Source of the DNA: a virus | Lineage: Duplodnaviria > Caudoviricetes | IMG/VR virus record: IMGVR_UViG_3300020577_008610 | Coordinates: 32,001-96,000 of that record | Length of the DNA stretch: 64,000 bases | Reading direction: 5' to 3' (one strand) | Part shown: one piece after another, positions 57,395 to 64,000 of the stretch | Layout of the letters: each line of letters begins with the position of its first letter | How positions within the stretch are numbered: position 1 is the first letter of the stretch | Program-made: the position numbers and the translations under genes | The notes under the pieces: model-generated | What the model was told of the DNA's origin: nothing | The model's database searches: none | The model's input: only the letters and a program-made list of their open reading frames with translations

Positions 57395-58321
57395 CTAAAT
57401 GCTGAGTTGCGCCCAGAAGAAGTCACCCCTGGAGCGGAGATAGGCTTCGCAATCCTCTGCTGAGGAAGCAAACCACTCGTCGTTCTTCTGGAGCACATTG
57501 TCGTTGACCATCACCTTCAGGCCCATCAGACGGGCCTCCAAGGTGACTCGGGGACAGGTGTCCTTGTCGAGCGGCATGAAGATGAACCCCTCGTACTGGC
57601 TGAGCCGCTGGAGGAAATCCTTGTACGGCAGGTTCGGGATGGGCTCGGACTTGAACTTCTTCAGATTGCACCACTTCTGGGTCTCGTCCACTCCCTTGAT
57701 CCAGGAGCCCGAGCCGAGGGTGGCCCAAACAGCCTTCCGCTCCCTTGGCTCCTGATTACGGTAGGAAGCCAGAAGGTCCAGGGTTTCGTCATCGAAGACA
57801 GAAGACAGGACGATATGGCCAGGGTGGTCAACCAGTTCAGGAACGTGACGGAGCCAGTGTCCTTTTTGCCCATAGGACATCCAGAAGATCCTCTCGGCTT
57901 TTCGGAAAAGCCGGACAACCATCAGGCCGTGCTTGTCCTTGGCGCAATTGCAAGACTCTCCTGTTGCTTGCTGGTGTCGGTTGGTGGATCTCCAGGCACA
58001 GAACTTGAAGTCGTACTCCACGATAGAGTAGCGAACCCCACTTTCAGGGAGGTACTGGATCATGGTCTCGTTCATGGCGGCAAAGTTGCCGAAGATCCAG
58101 TATTTGTCCTTGTTGGCGTCCAGAAGCTTCCGGGTAACCGAGACTGAGTGCAAGCGGAAGACCTTGTGGGGGCTCTTCTTGATGATGGCTTCAGAAGTCA
58201 GTTCGGCTCCTCCTGCAACCTCGCGAACAAAATAATCGTTGACAAAGACAACTTTTGCTGTCTTGGGAATGGCGTACTCCACCGGCATTCCAGTAAACAA
58301 ACTTCGACCTACTCCACTCAT
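57395..58321 (-). CDS. Glycosyltransferase-like, GT-B
   Basis: GGAELT, KGVD, DTCPRVTLEARLMG. Confidence 0.7.
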   Translation of the reverse strand: MSGVGRSLFTGMPVEYAIPKTAKVVFVNDYFVREVAGGAELTSEAIIKKSPHKVFRLHSVSVTRKLLDANKDKYWIFGNFAAMNETMIQYLPESGVRYSIVEYDFKFCAWRSTNRHQQATGESCNCAKDKHGLMVVRLFRKAERIFWMSYGQKGHWLRHVPELVDHPGHIVLSSVFDDETLDLLASYRNQEPRERKAVWATLGSGSWIKGVDETQKWCNLKKFKSEPIPNLPYKDFLQRLSQYEGFIFMPLDKDTCPRVTLEARLMGLKVMVNDNVLQKNDEWFASSAEDCEAYLRSRGDFFWAQLSI

Positions 58322-60192
58322 GACTTTTTCTTTACCTTTTTGGTTTTCGAAATTTCCTCCACATCATGAAGAAGAACAATGGTCATGTCTTCGGTAGCCG
58401 ATTCTCCATATGGCTTCTTGTTCCTCCAGAGAATGTCCAAGAGTCCAAGCTCTCGGGCATGGTCAATCTCGCTCGTCAGGAAGACGCTGGCACAAGCATC
58501 AGGGAAAGGACGAAACTCTCCGGGTTTCCCATGAACATGATTGACCGAGATTACTGGCAATTCAACTCCAGGCTCTTGCCGTTTCTCATAAGGGAGAACT
58601 TTATACCGATTGCACTTCACTCCAATAATATCTCCCGGCTTCACTGAACGCATCCAAGCCAAGGTTTTCTCTCGGTCCATCACCAATTCGTTGCGTTCCA
58701 GCAGATCCATTTGTTCTTCAGAGAGCCGACTAAGCAGAGACATCATGGACTTGTTGTAATCGTAACCAGTAGAGCCCATGTAAAGGTGCTCGCGAGAATG
58801 CTGCTTTACCGGGACCTTAGATTTGATGAGTTCAACCCGTACCTTTTGGCCATTGTAGTCGATGATGTCGCCGTCTTTCAAACCCTTTTTCTTGCTTTCG
58901 TCTTTTAGCTCTTCGGTCATGTTCAATGTCTCCAATGGTTGAGTCGGAGGTTTTACTTTCATCATAGGCTCTGGGGAAGTGGTTTGCACACCAATCTTTA
59001 CCATCCAAAAGTTTCCTTTTCTGGTTCTTCTCTTCAAGAAGCCCAAAGAAAGAAGCTTCTTTGCCAACAGTTGTGACTTGTAAGTTGCAAATCGAACCAA
59101 GCCCTGGGACTTCAGAAATTCCTCTCGACAGGCTGAAACTTCTTGAAGTGTCATTGGTATTTCCAGCTCGGAGGTCTTTTTCAGTGTGTCAAAGAATTTC
59201 TTGTCGAAGGCTTCCAAGGTATCCAGCTCATAGTGGACTTTATGGCCATTTTTGGCCAACCAACCGAGGTATAACTCGTTGACTTTCTCGAAGGAGTTAT
59301 TGTAGGCAGGGTACCTCGAAACCGAGTTCACAATTCCCTCCAGTTCCAATTCGAAAGAGGTTGGGTCCTCAAAGCAACCCAGGTACTTCAAAGCCAAAGT
59401 CATCAGCTTCGCCTTGGTTGCCACCCCTCGGGCTCTGTCAGAGGAGAGCAATCGGTGCATTGTCGCATTCCGGACACCACAAGGGATCAACATCCCCATG
59501 GCCATCTTGTCCCGAATCATTGAAACGCTCATGGATTGCCAGAGCTTCGTCAGCTCTGAGGTTTCTTTGGGTACAACAGCAACCGGCCCGGGAGTTTTCT
59601 GTTCCTTAGCCTTGGTCTTTGCTGCCACGGCAATCTGAAGTTTCTTTCCCAGGAAATCAGGAACATCCTGGATGGTTGTGGTCTTCAGATCACAAGTAAA
59701 CTCGTACTTCTTCCCGCTTTTGTGGGTGCTGGGAGCAATCACCACAATACCACCAGAGCCTCGGATGTCCATCTTCTCGTCAACCAACTGACAGGAATTC
59801 TTTACAGGCACACTGGACCAATAAAGGGCGTGGTCTCCACCACCTCCACTCCGCTGAGTAACCGTGGTGCTGTGCCTCGCAAGCCTCTGGAGGAAGGGAT
59901 GAGACACAAGATCGCCATCAGCAACCACAAGGAACTTTCCTACGACAGAACTTTTTCTACCAGTACTCAGAGCCAAATTAACAGGCTTCTTTCCACCAAG
60001 CCAGGACATCACCCTCTTCGGATCCGTGGAAGCGATCATTTGCCACTTAGCCATCAGGGGATGTTTCCCAGGACTAGGACAGTTGCCGCCCTTTCTGCAA
60101 GTGCACTTTCCATCTAGGATGCCATGACAAGGAAGCAAAGGGATGTCAAGGGCACAGAAGTAATTAACGATTTCCTGCAAAGAGTTGCTCAT
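58318..60192 (-). CDS. Bifunctional primase/polymerase (Prim-Pol) domain protein
   Basis: CTC...C.SPGKHP, NLALSTG, DGD, GGDH, DIRGSGGIVVIAPSTH, PriCT-like GVRNATM; start ATG 60192. Confidence 0.8.
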   Translation of the reverse strand: MSNSLQEIVNYFCALDIPLLPCHGILDGKCTCRKGGNCPSPGKHPLMAKWQMIASTDPKRVMSWLGGKKPVNLALSTGRKSSVVGKFLVVADGDLVSHPFLQRLARHSTTVTQRSGGGGDHALYWSSVPVKNSCQLVDEKMDIRGSGGIVVIAPSTHKSGKKYEFTCDLKTTTIQDVPDFLGKKLQIAVAAKTKAKEQKTPGPVAVVPKETSELTKLWQSMSVSMIRDKMAMGMLIPCGVRNATMHRLLSSDRARGVATKAKLMTLALKYLGCFEDPTSFELELEGIVNSVSRYPAYNNSFEKVNELYLGWLAKNGHKVHYELDTLEAFDKKFFDTLKKTSELEIPMTLQEVSACREEFLKSQGLVRFATYKSQLLAKKLLSLGFLKRRTRKGNFWMVKIGVQTTSPEPMMKVKPPTQPLETLNMTEELKDESKKKGLKDGDIIDYNGQKVRVELIKSKVPVKQHSREHLYMGSTGYDYNKSMMSLLSRLSEEQMDLLERNELVMDREKTLAWMRSVKPGDIIGVKCNRYKVLPYEKRQEPGVELPVISVNHVHGKPGEFRPFPDACASVFLTSEIDHARELGLLDILWRNKKPYGESATEDMTIVLLHDVEEISKTKKVKKKS

Positions 60193-60230
60193 GGAGAACC
60201 TACGAGTACCATATTTCAATCCTCTGTTTA

Positions 60231-60274
60231 ACTTTTCTCTTCCCTCCCTCCCTCCCTCTTGGTTATCCTCCACG
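60231..60274 (-). repeat. Intergenic repeat copy 2 with (GGGA)4 G-quadruplex motif
   Basis: Minus strand CGTGGAGGATAACCAAGAGGGAGGGAGGGAGGGAAGAGAAAAG. Confidence 0.8.
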
Positions 60275-60275
60275 A

Positions 60276-60497
60276 TTATGGAGAAATAGAAAAAATGACA
60301 ACATCAGTAGCTCCACCTGGTGGAGTGTTGTCGGAATACACGTAGTTTCCTCCCAATCTTCCCCTGTAGCGGATGGTTGGTTGGGATGTGGTTGTTTGAA
60401 TGCTAATGCTGTTCACCAAATTGGCTTGCACAGCCACTTGTGCTGTGCTAAAGTAAGGAGATAAATCAAATAATTGATTTCCAGTAAAATCTGCCAT
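60276..60497 (-). CDS. Small tail-fibre-associated protein
   Basis: GAGG RBS, ATG 60497, 73 aa. Confidence 0.5.
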   Translation of the reverse strand: MADFTGNQLFDLSPYFSTAQVAVQANLVNSISIQTTTSQPTIRYRGRLGGNYVYSDNTPPGGATDVVIFSISP

Positions 60498-60508
60498 GGG
60501 GTCCTCTC

Positions 60509-61498
60509 TTAAACTGCCGGTGTGCTTCCATCCCAACGCACAACGTAGTCTCTCATACAAATCCAGTCTTTAGAGCCTGAGCTGGTTGTTGATAGGGTGT
60601 CCCCCGTGCTACGGACTACGTTCTTGGCCCTTAGGAGGCTTGAGAAGCCCTTGAACCCTGTTGTGCCACCTGCTGCGCTTTGGCGCGCCCAAAACACCGG
60701 CAGAACGTCGTCCTTGGCGTTGGAGGGGTTAGTGCCGAGAGTATTGGTGGCTGTTATCGTGGCAGCATTATACCAGCTTAAGGAAGGTATTCCTATTCCA
60801 GTAAATGACTCTCCGGTTACTCCTTTTGCCAACCAGCATTTAGGAGTATGCGGCAATGATGCAGTAGAAACTTGATTCATGGCATTGTTATTGCCTGCTG
60901 CATCTTGAACTAAAACATTGGAGCTGCCGGCATAGAAAACGTATGGATCGTTGTCGGTGTTGGGGAAAGACCCAGAAATCATTGGATCCATGAGAATCAT
61001 GGTGGTGGGATTCCCGCCTCCGATTGGATATGCTCCGGCCCAAAAACCATATGGAGCCTCATTGTCTGCAACGCAATGCCAACGATAGGTGTTATCCGTG
61101 GCAAATAAGGTTTGTCCTGCCGCTCCATCTGCAAAAATCCATCGGCGTTCGACATTTCCTGTATCATTGGGCATTACAGTAGCTGAACCACCATTGGTCG
61201 AAGCGCTAGAATGGGTGTAGGTAATTCTCCACACTAGATTTGTTGTGGTTCGTTGGAATCCTAATTCTCTTCTCACTCCTCCATAGGAACCAGTAGCTCC
61301 AAGTGGTTGTTTGACCACGAAGTACGCATTGGCATTAGCTAATACGGCTCCGCTAGTAATCAAATCGCCTGCTTGCAAAGTTGTTCCATTTGAGGAGGAC
61401 ACCACCACCCAACCTGCAGCAACGAGAAGTTGCTTGAAGTTGTACATGGCTTCTGCTCCTGTAGCGGGTGTTAAACTTGCACTTGTTATGATGGTCAT
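60509..61498 (-). CDS. Putative tail fibre/virion protein
   Basis: 329 aa, G/T/A/S-rich, follows the fibre gene. Confidence 0.6.
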   Translation of the reverse strand: MTIITSASLTPATGAEAMYNFKQLLVAAGWVVVSSSNGTTLQAGDLITSGAVLANANAYFVVKQPLGATGSYGGVRRELGFQRTTTNLVWRITYTHSSASTNGGSATVMPNDTGNVERRWIFADGAAGQTLFATDNTYRWHCVADNEAPYGFWAGAYPIGGGNPTTMILMDPMISGSFPNTDNDPYVFYAGSSNVLVQDAAGNNNAMNQVSTASLPHTPKCWLAKGVTGESFTGIGIPSLSWYNAATITATNTLGTNPSNAKDDVLPVFWARQSAAGGTTGFKGFSSLLRAKNVVRSTGDTLSTTSSGSKDWICMRDYVVRWDGSTPAV

Positions 61499-61505
61499 TT
61501 CATTC

Positions 61506-63107
61506 CTACACTGTAGTCAATAGCTCAGCTGAACCCAAAATAGCAGTAGCACTGTTTTGGGCTACGTAAAGCTGGATTTCGTAAATTTGCTGACTGCTAG
61601 TCACGAAGTTGACTGCGCCAGTCAGGTTAGTAGAAATCTTCCTTTCTGGTGTGGTCGAAGTGCTTGTTATGGCAATGTTGCCAGGACCACCAATCTCCAC
61701 ATAAGCTCCGGAGGTTACGTTATACAGGAGGAGAGAAGCAGTTGTGGCTGTTGTCGATAGAATTGCAGCCAAGTAAACCGCCGAAGAGCTTGGAGTAAAG
61801 CAAAATTCGGATGGCACCCAAATGTTTTGACCGCAAACTTGCGGGTTGCTTGAGGTGTTGTTAGTGGTATTGTATGATGCCATAAACAAACGTCCATATG
61901 TTCCTGCAGAACCAGTGATCGTTACGGCTCCGTTGGAGCTGCTGTTAATTACGACCCCAGGTCCAGCTCGAAGGTAGGACGTTCCATCTGTAAGCTTTGT
62001 GAGAGATCCAGAAATTCCTTTGTTGAACTCAAAAGGACAATAGGAAATGCCTGAAAGACTCCCTGTCATCAAAATTTGAGTTCCTGAGAGAAATACAGGA
62101 TCTCCCGCAATGACAACTGTGTTTACTTTGTCTCCAAATTGAAGAGTGCTTGCATCAGGAAAGAAGGTAAGTGCATTGCTCCAGTTCCCTCCGATGCCGT
62201 CCCAGAATGAAATAAAAGTACCAACAGTCCCGTTGTCATTGACATTGCCAAGAAAGACGCCACTTTGAGCTATTAGAGACCTGCTGGCAATTAAGGTGCC
62301 AGAAACGTAAAGGTCTCCTCCGAAGAGACTTGCTTTGGAAAGAGTATACAGATTGTCAAGGTTGGAGCTAGTCTGAGGAGAACCGCTTACGAAGAAGAAG
62401 ATGTCACTTCCAAGCTGATTGGGATACCTTCCAGAAGAGTCAAATGAAACAGAAGAGGTTGTATACGCTCTCGTTCCGCTAACCGTAAATAAGGAAGGCG
62501 AGGATGAGGATCCTGATATCGTTACTGCACCATTAGCCGTTGTGCCAATTGTGATTCCGGGGCCAGCTACAAATGCTGGATTCCCATCCGCTAAAGCAGT
62601 ATGGGATCCGGAAATGCCAACAGATACTAGCAAGTCCCCATCAATTTCAGTCGAAGAGCTAAGAATGATCCCATAGCCTGTGTCTGTCGGAGCAAAGAAG
62701 AAATTGTTAGCACGGAACAGGAATGTTTCAAAAGGGTTCCCGACAACAGGGTTGTCATCTTCGATGAAGAAAAATTGCTTGAAAGTCGCATCAACACGAC
62801 TTAGATAGTGAATGGGGCCAATGACATCAAAGGAACCCTGAACTCTTAGAGTTCCGGAAACATGAGCGTCTCCACCGAAGCCAACAATGCCATGCGAGCC
62901 AGAATCTAAACTGCCGCTTGAGCCAGAAATGAACAGAAAGACATCTGTTCCAATAGAGCTGGTTGAGAATAAGCTGGTATTCAATCCTCCAGAAAGATTA
63001 GATGCGACAGAGAAGGGGTAAACAAGCAAACTTGCATTTGTTCCAGTGGAACCTGAAGCAATAAGCTTGTTTGTCCTGGTTTGGCTAGCTCGAAAATCTA
63101 ATGCCAC
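61506..63107 (-). CDS. Tail fibre-like virion protein with internal duplications, SGS-rich
   Basis: Two copies each of G[ST]D[VI]F.F[IV]SGS...FGGD..VSGTL and GISGS.T.L.DG....AGPG......NGAVTI[ST]GS. Confidence 0.7.
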   Translation of the reverse strand: MALDFRASQTRTNKLIASGSTGTNASLLVYPFSVASNLSGGLNTSLFSTSSIGTDVFLFISGSSGSLDSGSHGIVGFGGDAHVSGTLRVQGSFDVIGPIHYLSRVDATFKQFFFIEDDNPVVGNPFETFLFRANNFFFAPTDTGYGIILSSSTEIDGDLLVSVGISGSHTALADGNPAFVAGPGITIGTTANGAVTISGSSSSPSLFTVSGTRAYTTSSVSFDSSGRYPNQLGSDIFFFVSGSPQTSSNLDNLYTLSKASLFGGDLYVSGTLIASRSLIAQSGVFLGNVNDNGTVGTFISFWDGIGGNWSNALTFFPDASTLQFGDKVNTVVIAGDPVFLSGTQILMTGSLSGISYCPFEFNKGISGSLTKLTDGTSYLRAGPGVVINSSSNGAVTITGSAGTYGRLFMASYNTTNNTSSNPQVCGQNIWVPSEFCFTPSSSAVYLAAILSTTATTASLLLYNVTSGAYVEIGGPGNIAITSTSTTPERKISTNLTGAVNFVTSSQQIYEIQLYVAQNSATAILGSAELLTTV

Positions 63108-63125
63108 AGTTGAGTACCTCAGGAG

Positions 63126-63132
63126 TAAGTAG
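63126..63132 (-). promoter_or_regulatory. Putative late promoter CTACTTA
   Basis: Motif 19 nt upstream of the 63107 start. Confidence 0.55.
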
Positions 63133-63139
63133 GCAATGG

Positions 63140-63934
63140 TTACGGACCAGGAACGCCTGTGTCTGGATTGGCCTGGAAATAAGAACCAGAGGTGTCACTC
63201 AGGACAATAAACTGAATCAGCCCATCGTAAGCAATTGATAGGTCATTCACAGCATAACTAGAGGATACCGCAGAGATGTTTTGGCCGATGTCCAAGGTCA
63301 CATCCAAGCTAGTTCCGATTGGATTGTAGTTGAGAAACTTGGGATTATCGGGAAGTGTAGCCCAAGACATCGTAACCGAAGAAGCTCCTCCAGCGCTTAT
63401 CTGTCCAGCAGCACACCAAGCGAAGGTGCCAGAAAGATCCGTAGCACGGTTCACATACACAGGATAAGACCCAGCCGTATAAACGCCGCGATAGGTTATC
63501 TTCCCAGTGAACGGAGCCGAGAAGTTGGCTCTAAAGCCTGTGGTTCCCAGGTTGGTCACCCACCAAGCAACAGAAGGGGTTTCCTCCCCATTCGTACCCG
63601 TGAACTGACTCTGAGATGTCTCAAAGCCAAGGTAAGGAATACCGGAGAATGGAGTGGGAAAGGTGATGTCCTGGTAAAGCGACGACGAGAAGGAGCCAAC
63701 TGTTACCTCCAGGTACTCCACAATGGAAGGGTTGGAAGATGAGGAGGCTGATTCTTGGTTTTGGTTGACGAGAAAGAAATCTCGGTCTCGGATAATCTTC
63801 TGAAAATCAAAAGAGCGAGTGGTATCGGTGAGAGGGTCAATAAAAGACCGAATGTCCGGTCTCCTGGACATTCCGTACCCGTAGACTTTACGGTACTTTG
63901 ACCGGTTTTTTGCAAACTTGTCGTCGATACTCAC
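63140..63934 (-). CDS. Putative virion protein with H-type-lectin-like beta domain
   Basis: ITFPTPFSGIP...TTGFRANFSAPFTGKITY. Confidence 0.55.
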   Translation of the reverse strand: MSIDDKFAKNRSKYRKVYGYGMSRRPDIRSFIDPLTDTTRSFDFQKIIRDRDFFLVNQNQESASSSSNPSIVEYLEVTVGSFSSSLYQDITFPTPFSGIPYLGFETSQSQFTGTNGEETPSVAWWVTNLGTTGFRANFSAPFTGKITYRGVYTAGSYPVYVNRATDLSGTFAWCAAGQISAGGASSVTMSWATLPDNPKFLNYNPIGTSLDVTLDIGQNISAVSSSYAVNDLSIAYDGLIQFIVLSDTSGSYFQANPDTGVPGP

Positions 63935-63940
63935 AACTTG

Positions 63941-63947
63941 TAAGTAT
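63941..63947 (-). promoter_or_regulatory. Putative late promoter ATACTTA
   Basis: Motif 7 nt upstream of the 63934 GTG start. Confidence 0.55.
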
Positions 63948-64000
63948 CCACTCGCTTCGGAGTGGAACGAAGCAAGATAGACCCATTAGCCTACAGGATG

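Noticed and set aside
1-64000. tRNA, rRNA or CRISPR arrays
   Set aside because: None recognised by eye in the short intergenic regions; a covariance-model scan was not possible

Overview
This 64-kb window is a segment of a large (jumbo-type) myovirus-like dsDNA phage genome, almost entirely encoded on the minus strand with tight ATGA/TAATG gene coupling. Left to right it holds: (i) a DNA metabolism block (single-chain SbcD-SbcC/Mre11-Rad50 fusion running off the left edge, N6-adenine MTase, DnaG-type primase, RuvC-like resolvase, gp4-like nuclease); (ii) a ~30-kb baseplate/tail structural block (gp6/J-like, gp25-like, gp5-like, gpI/gp7-like with LamG domains) with intact and decayed homing endonucleases at many gene junctions; (iii) a phage sigma factor; (iv) a ~20-kb glycosylation island with about 8-9 glycosyltransferases, a UDP-sugar dehydrogenase carrying two inteins, a radical SAM enzyme and a SAM methyltransferase; (v) a Cas4/RecB-like nuclease, a Prim-Pol and tail-fibre-like genes. 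Main candidates for novelty: a phage-encoded virion O-glycosylation system with a putative [S/T]-G-S sequon enriched in a subset of virion proteins; mini-genes sharing an LRKAGLK motif, two of which appear to carry fragments of a gp23-type major capsid protein; a [AC]TANTTA late-promoter regulon that includes putative capsid-packaged effectors; and a 20-bp inverted repeat pair with a (GGGA)4 G-quadruplex, each copy upstream of a primase-containing module. All family calls come from manual motif recognition; no database searches were run.
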